A stretch of 52,645 bases of DNA, filler included, from Squatina squatina (lineage: Eukaryota): assembly GCA_031763465.1 (NCBI GenBank). It is 4 parts of 4 records of this genome, joined end to end, with 100 filler letters (N's around TTAATTAATTAA, not from the genome) between each part and the next. Parts side by side here need not be neighbours in the genome. Positions count along the whole stretch, not along the records: positions 1 to 12,588 come from JARFOE010000115.1; 3 more parts are not named here. One strand, 5' to 3'. Positions within the stretch are counted from its first letter, which is position 1, and each line of letters begins with the position of its first letter. The notes beneath the pieces were generated by a model. That model saw only the letters and a program-made list of their open reading frames with translations. It ran no database searches and was not told the origin of the DNA. The translations under genes and the position numbers were made by a program. Of this stretch, positions 1 through 11,885 are shown piece by piece.

Positions 1-169
1 ATTTTTTGAACATTTTGTGACTGACCTTTAATATCATATCTACATTTATGTTCTTCAACTTTCCCCCTTCCATCTTTATCTGGAACTCTGATCGGATCCT
101 CCAATTTGAGTGTCATGGGCAATGTCAAAGGATGTTTACTGGTTGTAAATAAAAAGCCATGCAGCTCAC

Positions 170-289
170 CGGGTTCTGTGTTAAGTTGACTTGAGGCTCA
201 TTTCTTAGACTTTCTGCTTCCAGAAGATATTTGACTGCATCCACCCTGAAACCATCAACCCCTTTCTTCAGCCAAAATCGTAATACGTT
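170..289 (-). CDS. SLC3A1: SLC3A1 (rBAT) internal exon, GH13-like domain (equivalent to human exon 5)
   Basis: Hand translation [40 protein letters not shown]; 120 nt, phase 0/0; acceptor tttcaAG and donor GTgagc; matches recalled human rBAT [25 protein letters not shown]. Not reported in the ORF track. Confidence 0.93.
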
Positions 290-1390
290 CTTGAAATAGC
301 AGAAAAATAGTAATTAAGATACAAATGTATCATATTTTTAATGAAAATACTAAATGAAAATTGCCCTGTCAATTCTGCACTCAACAGAAAATACAAGGGT
401 GCAAGTTTCATGGCTATAACTAGACCAAGAGATTCAATCAACCTGTAATCAACCAACTGGTGAGAAAGCTTGTTTGCCAGTTTCACCTTCGTCTCTGTGA
501 GGGAGTTCAGTGCAGCTGAGTTCAGGAGCTTATTGTGTGAGGAATCCTGGGCACTCTGTGATAGCCCTTGTTGGAGTTCCAATTCAGAGCACCAACATGT
601 CACCCTCAGTACTTGTTAAGTAAGTTTAAAACCATGAAGTGCCATCCCAGTAGTTCAATTGGTAAAACCCCTGGTCAGTGCAGTACTGAGCCATTCAGAT
701 CAGGAAGGTCCCAGATTCAAACTCGTGTGACATCACCACGTCATTATTACCTCATTTAAATATGGCTTGTCGACCTGAATTAATGGCAGAAGATTAATCA
801 CGCACAAAAATGGGCAGGGATCTTGCACTATTGGTTCCTGCCCCATATTCCATTCCTTCCTCCTGGAATATACTCTGAATATCAGGCAGTAAGACGGTTG
901 ACATACATNNNNNNNNNNNNNNNNNNNNNNNNNNNNNNNNNNNNNNNNNNNNNNNNNNNNNNNNNNNNNNNNNNNNNNNNNNNNNNNNNNNNNNNNNNNN
1001 NNNNNNNNTCCATCGGCTTCAAAATGCCAGTGGAACACGTGGATATGGGCTTCCAAAGCACCTCTGATCTCCTTCAGTTTATCAGGGTGGTATTTCCCTG
1101 TGATTTTTGGTGCCCCACCACCCCATTTACGTAGGGTGGGAGGTCTGAAAATTCAGCCCTATAAATAAGTAGTCTTGGAGCTAGAGTTCCCTTTAGTGGC
1201 ACCAATATTGTTTTCTTTTCCACAAGTGCAAAATTAACCAATTGTAGATCTTAAAATACTTGTTGTTTAAAGAAATGTAATTACATGCTGGACTGCACTA
1301 TGTTAGTGTATGACTTTCAAAGTCAGAACTACCTGTTTAGCAGGATAAACGCACAACACTACTTTTTCTTCTAGAATTATTGTTGCTTAC

Positions 1391-1815
1391 CATTCAGGTC
1401 TCCGACACCATTCCCATCAGAGTCTTTGAAAGATCTTGGGTAGATTTGGTAGATTGGGCTGGCTTGCCACCAGTCTAGACATTTAGGAGACAGGGCAATG
1501 ATGGTGATAGTACAGGCTACCAGAAGCAGAGTGGCAGCCAAAATGAGCCAGAAAAGAATCTCTCTGGGCAGCCTGTAACACAATTGGCTTGAATAGCAGA
1601 TTAGGACTTCTTTGGGCATTCCAGCATAGGGTCCATCATCATGATATACATTCACCTGCTCATTTTTGTCACCATTTGCTGCCACGGCATAATCAGGCTT
1701 CTCTTTTGACTTCAAAGCATCAATGGATTCACTCACGTTGTTAGTTTTTCTTTCCTGGCCTTCATCCTCCTTAAAGGCTCGATTGGTATTACCTACTGCC
1801 TCTTTCAGGTCGATA
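1391..1815 (-). CDS. SLC3A1: SLC3A1 (rBAT) first coding exon, 5' end lost in the gap
   Basis: Frame is open from the gap: [14 protein letters not shown]...[10 protein letters not shown]...REILFWL-(TM helix)[37 protein letters not shown]; includes the Cys that links to the light chain; phase-1 donor G|GTAAGC at 1390. Confidence 0.95.
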
Positions 1816-2109
1816 NNNNNNNNNNNNNNNNNNNNNNNNNNNNNNNNNNNNNNNNNNNNNNNNNNNNNNNNNNNNNNNNNNNNNNNNNNNNNNNNNNNNN
1901 NNNNNNNNNNNNNNNATTTTTTTTAAAAACCTGACGCAGTTACACATGGACTAGTCACATAGTAATGCAAAAATGGCTCAAGATTATTACAAGAACTAGC
2001 TTTTTCTCTGTTGTAGCTAAGATTACAAAATATAGATAGATGTTATTCTTGGGCAGTATATACATGATACAAACTGTAAATACAGAAGTCACAATGCATT
2101 TAGCAATCC

Positions 2110-2115
2110 TTTATT
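2110..2115 (-). terminator. Candidate polyadenylation signal for the PPM1B short isoform
   Basis: AATAAA on the minus strand at the end of an AT-rich, repeat-poor stretch of about 1.9 kb, followed by U/GU-rich sequence. Confidence 0.35.
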
Positions 2116-3970
2116 GAAGATAACAAGGTGGTTATGATCACTGTATTGTATGAAACATCACAAATATCATACAGGGAATATACTATAGTCAGTACAGGGA
2201 AGGACCAGAGTAGACAGTCTGTGGACAATAAGAAACCACTTGTGCACTCTTCATCCCCTATCCTAAAACAACCCCATAATCTCAACAAAGGGTCAAAACA
2301 CCTGTTAACATCATCTTCTTCAGGACATTTTCATTGTTGTAGCTAAAATCTAGTGAATAAATAAAAACACTGGCAATAATCATACTCTCTAGGCCAAGAA
2401 TCATACCTACACAATGAACCAAACGATTGGGGAAGCTGGTTGTAGGCACCAGTGCTCAAGGGTGTATGGTAACAGGCAGCTTTCCAGCATAAGGACTTAA
2501 TGAGGGAAAAAAAAACAAAGTTAGAGAAATACAAATGAATTCCATTTTATACAAATCCAATCAGCATCACTCATTAGTATGTTTCAATCATGTATAAGGG
2601 CAATGAACATTTTCAACAATACACCATTAACAGACTAGCTGCATCATTTAAATCTTACAAGGCATCCATAGCATGTGTATTGTGTACAAGTGGATACATT
2701 CATTGCTCTCCTTGCCCTCAATGCTGCTCAAATCCCTTTCCCCTCAACCATTAGCTTGAACCAAACTTTAGTACATGCACAACTCAAACTTACTCAGTAA
2801 AATCATGTTATTGCAGAAATATAAATCAAACTAAGAATCTTCAAGTACCTTAAAAGACAGCCACTCTGTACCATGCCCATTCCACAATGAATGAAAGAAA
2901 AATCACTGAACAAAATTAAGAAACATATTTTGTAAAGCTTAAATTCACAATAGAATATTTTAAATTGCATTTATAAATCTATGTGATCTCTAGTTTTGTA
3001 ATTGTTAATGCAAACAATTCTCTTTTGCAAAACTATACCCCAGTTTACACAAGGCTGTCTCTCTTTATTTCTGCTGCAAATCAATGATACTAATAGAAAA
3101 CCACATGTAGAACAAAATCACAATTTACAATATCATGTGAGAAAGGCAAATTTTATAGCGATATTTTCAACTTCTGCAATAATGAGTGGGATGTCTGAAG
3201 CAAATGACAAGTGACATAGAAGCATAAATTAATCTATTCATTTTTGTCCAAAGGTTCTGCTTAGCAAGAGCTTATAATCTACACATGCTTTAAAATCATA
3301 AGGGAACGTTACCATACATTTGCTATATTTATTGCCAAATGCAATGTTATCTTCAAGCAAGCAGTAGACAACATATACTGCATATCTGACAGCAGAGAAA
3401 ACTGAGTATTTGGTAGTACAGCAGAAATTGAAGTGAAGAATTACACAAAATAAATTTCTACAGCATTCTGCTTACTGCATGTTCCCTCTGGGCCTGAGAT
3501 AGGTGCCGAAGCTCTCAACCTTGAACCTTGCAATCAAGTAATGCCTTATACAGCAATTTGTACATGCTCATGTCCGGTGAATTAGATTTAAATTAACAGT
3601 ACTTAGTGCATCTTCCAAATGAAACTAGAAATCCATGCACCTCAGGTACTTTATTACATCTGCTAACAGCATCACCATTCCTTCAGGCAACAAAGTTGGG
3701 TACAGATGCAATCAGTAAGTCTGAGGCAGTCAACAAAATACTGTTTTACAGGAAGATGCGCAAGAGTGGCAATATTAGAATATGCAAAAAAAAAATGAAC
3801 AAATGGTGTATAATTCTAACAATTAAGTTCCTCCTGCCCTTCTGACAAAATGACTTTAAAAGAAGATCCTTTGGATTTTTAATTTCCCTTGTAGTAAATA
3901 AAAGGTGTGTGAACGAAGGTTTCTTCCATATTTCAAACCAGGAAATTCTTAGCGATTCTAGCCTATTTAA

Positions 3971-4000
3971 CTACCAGGGGTCTTCAAGATCTGCGGAACC
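3971..4000 (-). CDS. PPM1B: PPM1B distal alternative terminal exon (short isoform C-terminus GSADLEDPW*)
   Basis: Strong acceptor ttttgtttctcacAG, then GGT TCC GCA GAT CTT GAA GAC CCC TGG TAG; matches the recalled short PP2C-beta C-terminus GAGDLEDPW; phase 0 fits the 11468 donor. Confidence 0.88.
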   Translation of the reverse strand, partial: GSADLEDPW

Positions 4001-4343
4001 CTGTGAGAAACAAAATAATACTATTACACTTGCATTCTCAACCATGTGTACAGAAGTTTTGCAAATGCCTTACCTGTTGAATATTTCAAATATAAAGGAA
4101 AGACGACAGACAAGAAAAGGAGCTTTACATTACTTTAAGAAATTGGAACAGATAAGCACAAAAGGATAAAAGTTGTCTTATATATGGATACACAGCAGTA
4201 AAAACCTATCCAATAGGACATATTAGCTTAATTCTTGTTGGGGAAAAAAAAAGAGAAAAAGTATCCTGATGGATAAAATCCAAAGATGATTCAAGCTACA
4301 TAAAAAGTGGTTATAAACAACATTTCAAATCTTGTAAAAAGCT

Positions 4344-4349
4344 TTTATT
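4344..4349 (-). terminator. Candidate polyadenylation signal for the PPM1B long isoform
   Basis: AATAAA on the minus strand about 1.9 kb past the 6247 stop and before the next acceptor at 4001; other AATAAA hexamers exist (e.g. 5404-5409). Confidence 0.4.
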
Positions 4350-6246
4350 TTGCTACATTTCAAATGTTGTAATGCATATCTTTATATAACTAATTGTACA
4401 AAATAATTTTTCAACGTAAACACATTTTGGGAGGGACATGAAAAGGTTCTGAAAAGAAAACTAGCACTTAAAATTTAAAATTAATCTAATTTAGTATCTA
4501 ACGCAGAATCTTTAATTGTCTTTGCTCTTCATCAATCTCTGATGTCTTTTCACCTGTATGGGTAAAATATATTAAAACATGTGCAAGAAAAGGAAACTTG
4601 AAATCTATCCAAGCAGGTAGAAAACATTCACCCAATGGCTTTTTATCATGAATTAGCACAAAGCTCATCATGAAGTAGCATTGTTGTGATTGTTTACATA
4701 TTGTAGTTCAAGATTTTACACATAGTAAAACATAAAACTGTATTGATTTCCAACAGAACTAACTTCTCGGCTCATTCTTCAAAAATATGGAGAGATTTAA
4801 AATTTTCAGTAAATAGATTAGCCTTTCAGAGTAAGTGTGTTCAAGCCTATTTACTGAGTGGTTGATGATTAGCCTGCTGACAACACAGTACAGTATGTTG
4901 GCAATATTATACAATATATACAATTCTATATCTTGATCTGCACAGTTCCCATTAGAGTTCATTCTCTTTTTCTGTGGAGTACTAAAGTCATACAGAAAGG
5001 TACTTGCATTTGTGCATAGCACTCCAAACACAGTTTTAAATATGGTTGTTGATGATAAACTCAAGTTTTAGGTAGAGTCTTGTTTAGCAAATCTTCTTTG
5101 CCGGAATCAGAAGTATACAGAACACACAAAATCTGAGAAAAAAATCCATTCCATTTTCATCTCATTGTACCACTAATGAGTATACATTGGAGTATACAAA
5201 CTGCAACATGTTTTAGAAATAATGTCTCCTTTTCTCTTTTATAAATGAGCTGATCTGTTTGAACACCCAATTTCTCACTAACATTACCATACACCATTCT
5301 GAAACAAATTATAGTATTTAATGCTTTGCCAACTTGCTTAAAATAACCAACCCACTACCTGGCTAAATGTAAGTACTGTTCTTTTGGAAATTAGCCAAAA
5401 TAATTTATTGCGATAAGTTGTACATTGCCTCATAGGGTCCGTGTAGATTCAAATACATAGCTGTGCATGTAATCCAGATTATTTTCTAAGCAATCTGATG
5501 GCTTCAATTTGTATTTTAAAGCAAGATGTGGAAATAATGACAGACATATAAATGGTTGCATAATCATAAGCATATGCAAAATGGTGCATTTAATTAAAAT
5601 ATGAATTTAGCAAAATTGTAACTGGGATGCATTGATGTGCACACATCTAAAATAATTTTCTGCAGTGTTTACCCCTTTAAATTCAAACACAGTGTAGCCC
5701 CCAGACAAGCCACTAACTAAACGTAAAACACAACCATATGGTTTCACGTTTTTTTTTACACANNNNNNNNNNNNNNNNNNNNNNNNNNNNNNNNNNNGAG
5801 CAAGTTAAACAATGGTCCAGACATACTATAAAGCTTTATTACACATTAAAAACAGACAAATCCCCTCTCTGGCTGAATACTGCAAAAAGCAAGAACATAC
5901 CTAGAGGGATTGTTCACAAATAACTGACATTTACACTAAAGCATGGCGGATTTATCAATGTCATAAGCATCTGTTCTGAATCATGCATTTACTATGTTTA
6001 CATTTTTACAACCAAAATTAATGTGCTACAATCAGGTCTTAAAAATTAACTAACTGTCACTGCTTGGGCTATTATGGTGACCTGACAACAAAAATGTATA
6101 TCACAAGCACAAAACACTTTTTTTTAAAAAACATGCTAGAAGTCACAAACTCATGCAATGTAATAAATTATAACACAGTTGATACACAATGCTGGAATCA
6201 TGAGCTCTTAAGGTGTTTTTCATTTATGACTACATTTTCAATCAGT

Positions 6247-6498
6247 TCAGTTTACATCCTCAGGACGAGTCTCCTCATCAGCCCGCAACCTGGTGTCTGA
6301 TTCTCTAGCAGGCATAACTGCAGTAGAAGCAGCTTGTTCGGTGGTACTTGCTTCCCCCTGGATCTGAGCTAGCCTGTAATTAGCCAGCATCTCCTCCATT
6401 AGGTGGCGGTAGTTCCCCCTATGATTAATTCTCAATTGTCTGAGTGTCTCGAGCAATTTGCCCGGTCTTGTTCCCCCTTCATCTGCTCCAGTAGGGTC
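6247..6498 (-). CDS. PPM1B: PPM1B proximal alternative terminal exon (long isoform C-terminus)
   Basis: DPTGADEGGTRPGKLLETLRQLRINHRGNYRHLMEEMLANYRLAQIQGE...* matches the recalled human long isoform GKLVEALRQMRINHRGNYRQLLEEMLTSYRLAKVEGE; acceptor gaaaAG at 6500-6499 has a weak pyrimidine tract, so the exact start is less certain. Confidence 0.9.
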   Translation of the reverse strand, partial: DPTGADEGGTRPGKLLETLRQLRINHRGNYRHLMEEMLANYRLAQIQGEASTTEQAASTAVMPARESDTRLRADEETRPEDVN

Positions 6499-8139
6499 CT
6501 TTTCAAGATTCAATACCCCAGTGTGAGTAAACAGCCTATGATAATCTTTTGGACTATCAAATACATATAAAATTAATTCTCAAAAGGAGCTCTTATGGTT
6601 AGTAAATATGCATCAAAACCATATTTGTGACTTCCTTTGAAGCTACACCTGTGCAACAAAAAGACTAGCTAATTAATGTTAAGATTAGAAGTGCAGTAGA
6701 ATAAAGTAGGAATTCAGTTTTAAGTCCTGCATTGTTGTGCCCCTTTAATATCTGTTGTGCCCCTTTAAATTTCTGAATAATTTCCAAAAGGTACTAGCCA
6801 ATATTAAAAAGGACTGTCACACAATCAAGCGATTGCATATTAATTCATTTATGAAATAATTGATTTAAATATTTTTAAAATCAGTTTACCAATGTTGAAA
6901 ATCTTTTCATCAACAATCTATTTTCAATATGCAATAATCTTAGCAGTATTCAGACTAAAAACACAAAATGAAAATTACCATAGCATCTTTTCTCAGCCAT
7001 AACCCTTTTAAGTTCTACCTACTGCAAAATGCATTTTTACTTATTACCAATGAGTGCAAACTGAGTAATTCCACTTCTCCAATAAATCTGAATTGCATTG
7101 TTTATTTGGCTTTTCGGATTAAATAAGTAAATAGAATACATATACTTAATCTCCTGTGTACAAGTATTGATTATAACATTTCACTACAGTGTTTTGATAA
7201 GTGGCATTTGTATCCTAATATTAGGGAGGCATTTTAGAAATCATATGATCTGCCTTTTGTTCATNNNNNNNNNNNNNNNNNNNNNNNNNNNNNNNNNNNN
7301 NNNNNNNNNNNNNNNNNNNNNNNNNNNNNNNNNNNNNNNNNNNNNNNNNNNNNNNNNNNNNNNNNNNNNNNNNNNNNNNNNNNNNNNNNNNNNNNNNNNN
7401 NNNNNNNNNNNNNNNNNNNNNNNNNNNNNNNNNNNNNNNNNNNNNNNNNNNNNNNNNNNNNNNNNNNNNNNNNNNNNNNNNNNNNNNNNNNNNNNNNNNN
7501 NNNNNNNNNNNNNNNNNNNNNNNNNNNNNNNNNNNNNNNNNNNNNNNNNNNNNNNNNNNNNNNNNNNNNNNNNNNNNNNNNNNNNNNNNNNNNNNNNNNN
7601 NNNNNNNNNNNNNNNNNNNNNNNNNNNNNNNNNNNNNNNNNNNNNNNNNNNNNNNNNNNNNNNNNNNNNNNNNNNNNNNNNNNNNNNNNNNNNNNNNNNN
7701 NNNNAAGAAATGTGAGTTCTTTGTCATAATTTAGTATCACATTATTACGTGGCATGGGAGTAGGGGTTCCCTGGCTGAATTGTTGGTGGGTTTTTAATTC
7801 CAATTGAAATTAGAATATGAACTGATTCACACTGTCAGTGCAATTTCAAATTTGCCATATTCAGTGGATACAGAAAAATAATGGTAACTATTTCTAAGCG
7901 TACTAAATTATGCAACTTGTGGAAAAGGTATTCAGGACAACTTCCTTGTCCTTGCTGAACAATCATTTCAGTTTTAAATACCCAGTGATTGTACCTCCGC
8001 TATTAAATAGTTGTCTTTCACATACTGTACGGGTAGACCTGCAGTTTCAGCTATAACACATGCACGTGATATACTGGCCATCACATATAGCGGGCAAATC
8101 GTATTCACACGAACATGCCTGCTATAAGCTGTGGGAATT

Positions 8140-8250
8140 GTATAAAAACAGTGACTGCACTTCAAAAGTAATCCATTGGCTGTAAAGTGCTTTGGAATGT
8201 GTTGGGAACATGAAAGGTGTGATATAAATGAAATTCTTTTCTTCTTTAGA
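8140..8250 (+). mobile_element. Deu-type SINE / L2-derived 3' tail fragment
   Basis: acagtgactgcacttcaaaagtaatccattggctgtaaagtgctttgg...gaaaggtgtgatataaatgaaattcttt; related pieces at 35094-35160 and about 47060-47135. Confidence 0.6.
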
Positions 8251-8566
8251 TTTGGAAGTTTTCCTGTAATACAAGGAGTATGAATCTTGTGCTCATTCTT
8301 GTGTTTTCTTTCTTTCTACATGTACACTCACACTCTCACACATGGTCTCTGTCTTGCTCTGTAGGGATTTTCTTGCTCTCTTTCTGTTGCCCCTCCTCCC
8401 CCTTTTACCTCTCCCATCCAATCCTGATGTATGCAGATCTGGTTATCAGCAACATTACTGTCATTCCTCAACAAATGCAGTTAGCAGAAGTGTGTTGTCG
8501 TTAAAATGGTGTATCGTAAAACTTCACCTCATAAAATATAAAATTGATGCATGTAGCTAAAGCGGT

Positions 8567-8580
8567 GTCGCCGTAGCAAC
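8567..8580. promoter_or_regulatory. RFX X-box motif in a PPM1B intron
   Basis: GTCGCCGTAGCAAC fits GTNRCC-N2-RGYAAC exactly and keeps CpGs in CpG-poor surroundings. Confidence 0.4.
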
Positions 8581-9310
8581 ACCTGTGGCTAGTTAGCAAT
8601 CTCTATTGGACAACATTGACATATGCAAAACCTAGCACACTTTTTTTTTAAAAATAATGTTTACATTTTCTACTGAATTCTTATGCCCATCAAAATGATG
8701 AATGACAGGATTGGAACACAAAAGTTTTCCACGTATTTTTCACCAATCTCCGTATCAAGCATTGCCAAATTAGGTACAGTACATATGAACTAAAGTTACT
8801 CAATCATAACAATATGCATCAACCCCAGCTTCTGAAGAGCATTTACTGCTGTACCATTATGGAATTCGCAATTCCTCCAACAGCTTCTGAATAAGATGCA
8901 TTCTGTTCTCAATTCCAACAGTTCTGTGTTGAGTAACTACACTTCTTAAAAGCTGAACTAAGACTACCCAATCATATTTCATATGGGACCTTTACTTAAT
9001 CAGAAAACAGAAAATTCATCCTACAATTTTATGCTCAATGTGAATCAAAATATGGGAGATAATCAAAAAGTGTGCCATCTAGATTTTTAGAACCTAAATC
9101 TAATTTCAACAAATGATTTTTTCTCTATGCCACATTCCCTTTCGACAACCAGGGATCTTAATTACTTCTACCTGTACTTGATGCACTCTTGACCCAGCTG
9201 TGAAGTGCTACCATATCCTAGGCTATGAATGAAGTGTGGGAAGTATGATTCAAGAACAATAAACTGAAAAAGATCAATTTTTTCTACCTCCTCAAAAGAT
9301 GGAAGACTAT

Positions 9311-10349
9311 GGCCCAGAATTTGCTACCAAAAAATAATGGCTACTTTGCGGAGCATGTTGGTATTGGTGCATAAAAAACACAATAATTTGTGGCGAGGAG
9401 GAGATACACTGTTGGCTGCAAATCGCCAAAAATTGCATCGCTCCTCCATTAGCCTTGCAAAAACTAGAACTCGCCATCAACCTCCCCATGAATGTCAAGA
9501 AATCACTGCATTTGAGCTGTAAAACAAATTAAACTTGCCACAGAAAGTTAGGGCTGCTATTTCATGGCTCAAGGACCCTGTTAATGGGATAATGCATGTT
9601 TCCAATAGCCTTCCACTTTGAAACCAGTTAGCAATTAATGATAATTGTTCTGCACATGCCGCATAAAACACACAGCTTGGATACAAGTTAAACTGGGGAA
9701 ATTATAAAAAGGAAGTAAATCCTTCAGACAAAAAAAAATGTATTGGGGAATACAACCAAATGAAAGAACTGAAAAGAAACAAAGAGAACACAGATTAGAA
9801 AGTGTTTTACTGGATGCAAATGTTGCTGATTAAGAATACACAGGTTAGTAACTGGCTGCAAAGCAAGAAATGTTTTTGACGAGCAGAAAGGAAGATCAAA
9901 TTTGATTTGTTGCGAATGGCTATAAAATATATAGCTCCCCATGTAAGTAGCTGCCTTCGGTTCCTGAAATCAAAAACAATTTGAACCCTGGGCAGAAGGC
10001 TGTCTTATCTGTTGGGGTCATGTTTTATAGGCAAAAATACTTCGAACTAAAACATTTTCCTGCATGAAATTTGGTGATATTTTAATAAACCTGATTATTT
10101 AAAGAATGTCCATCCTGCCACTTCACAGCTCTGCTAACCATTCAAATCCTTACATTTCATTGGTTAAGAAAATAGACTATTGGTCCCATCATTCACCAAG
10201 GTCCCAGATGCCGAGTTAACCTCGCCGTACCGTTATTAATTCCCACTTACAAGAATTTGTGACGCAAAATTAATTGGAGCTGAAGGGCAAGGAAAAATCC
10301 AACTCATGACATTCTCCACGAGATACCTCGCTTCAGCAAATTCTGGGCC
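9311..10349. mobile_element. Non-autonomous DNA transposon (MITE-like) with perfect 15-bp terminal inverted repeats
   Basis: GGCCCAGAATTTGCT at 9311-9325 and its exact reverse complement AGCAAATTCTGGGCC at 10335-10349; no coding capacity inside; no clean target-site duplication. Confidence 0.7.
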
Positions 10350-11467
10350 TGCATGTATGTGGCACATCAAATGAACTAAAACTCACCCAATTTACAGAGT
10401 TCAAATAATAGGTAAGCTTTGGGCTCAAACTCATTCCATTCTGCCTTAACACCAAGGACTTTAATATAACCCAATTCCTGCTGATAGCTTGCAACAAATT
10501 CTAATTTAAGCTGTGGTACTATAAAATCAAGCAGTCTAAATGCTGCAGTAGGTTAACAAACTATCCTTTCAACACTGTTACCTGGGTTCAAATGCTTTTT
10601 AGATGTGGAAGTAGTTTAGGTGGTCTCACCACAATTCCTGAAAGGCCAATAATAGAATTGTCCATAATTTGATGCCAATTGCCAATCTAATTCACATTTA
10701 TGACCTGTGGTGTGGGAAGTGAAATAAATTAGCACTAATGCAGAAGGTAGCAATCTAAGGTTCAGGTTGGCAAACATTATAGGAATAGAACACAGGGAGC
10801 TTTGCTCTGTATCCAGCCTGAGGTATCTCTGCCCCAAGAGTTTATGATGCATATCATGGTCAGAAGTCTTTTTAAAAAAGTGTTTCATTCCACAGTATCA
10901 TTGATCTTGATGAGCATAATTCATCAAAAAAAAAATCTAAGTTTAAAAAAAGCTATTTAATAAACTTTGCTTTATTTCTTCCACAAATTTTCAAAGCTAT
11001 ATTAAGATACTTTTAACATTTTTACTGAGGTACAGTTTAACCAATTAATTAGTGCATGCTTACGAGAATACATTTCTAAATAATGTCTTATACTCTGAAA
11101 AGTGCAATGTACAGCATCGACCTGTTGGGCTGAATGGCCTGTTTTTGTGCTGTAAAATTCTATTCCAGCAGCAAAGTTGCACCTTTAGACAAGTCAACTC
11201 CACAAATTACATATTCACTAAGCTTCTGATTCAAAACAAAGTATAAAAAGTTGGTCAGAAATTGTTGCTCAAGTTTTTTTTTGCATGACAAAAATATATT
11301 TTCCAGAATTATTAAAAAGATATAAAATGGCACTCTATTGCAAGCAAACCTTTTGTAATCCAATGAAAAACAAGTATATCACAGTGAACATGTACATTAT
11401 ATTCATAAATGAATTTTTGAATTTGTTCAGTACAAGAACAGTATGTGCATAAGAAAATTAAGCTCAC

Positions 11468-11525
11468 CCCATCATCGTCCCTGTGTGGATTCAGTCTACT
11501 ATAAACAGCTTCAATCACACTGCGC
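11468..11525 (-). CDS. PPM1B: PPM1B penultimate exon (58 nt)
   Basis: (K)RSVIEAVYSRLNPHRDDDG, compare human KRNVIEAVYSRLNPHRESDG; acceptor tctcatccctttAG, donor GTgagc; phase 2/0. Confidence 0.93.
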
Positions 11526-11714
11526 CTAAAGGGATGAGAGAAATACAAACGATCAAACAGATTTTTCTTTTTTCAATTACTTGCAAAAAGATGAAGCAAC
11601 ACTATTAGAACTAATAGAATGTAGCCAAACTGAGATACAAGAAAGCCATGGCATACCACTGTACCTCATTATCGATAGATTTGGAGTGAACCAGACTACA
11701 CAGTAGAGATAATT

Positions 11715-11815
11715 ACATAGGAACAGGAGTAAGCCATTCAGCTCCTCGAGCCTATTCAACCAGTTGGATCATGGCTGATTTGTACCTCAACTCCAATTAC
11801 CTGCCTTTGCTCCAA
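11715..11815 (-). mobile_element. CR1 LINE 3' end
   Basis: acataggaacaggagtaagccattcagctcctcgagcct..., same motif as 16625-16704 and the reverse complement of 49707-49755. Confidence 0.7.
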
Positions 11816-11825
11816 GGCGTCAGAC

Positions 11826-11885
11826 TTAACTCAGTGGTCGCACACTCGCCGCTGAATCAGAAGGTTGTGGGTTCAATCCCACTCC
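11826..11885 (+). mobile_element. tRNA-derived SINE head, truncated by a gap
   Basis: Pol III A box TAACTCAGTGG and B box GGTTCAATCCC at tRNA-like spacing; no complete cloverleaf. Confidence 0.65.

Noticed and set aside
6733-6768. Direct repeat TGTTGTGCCCCTTTAA x2 as a CRISPR-like or regulatory array
   Set aside because: Only two copies with a 4-nt spacer; an ordinary local duplication.
9159-9217. Possible extra PPM1B terminal exon (DMVALHSWVKSASSTGRSN*)
   Set aside because: Weak acceptor and no recognisable homology.
11826-11885. tRNA gene
   Set aside because: A and B boxes are present, but there is no proper acceptor stem or cloverleaf; this is a SINE head next to a CR1 end.
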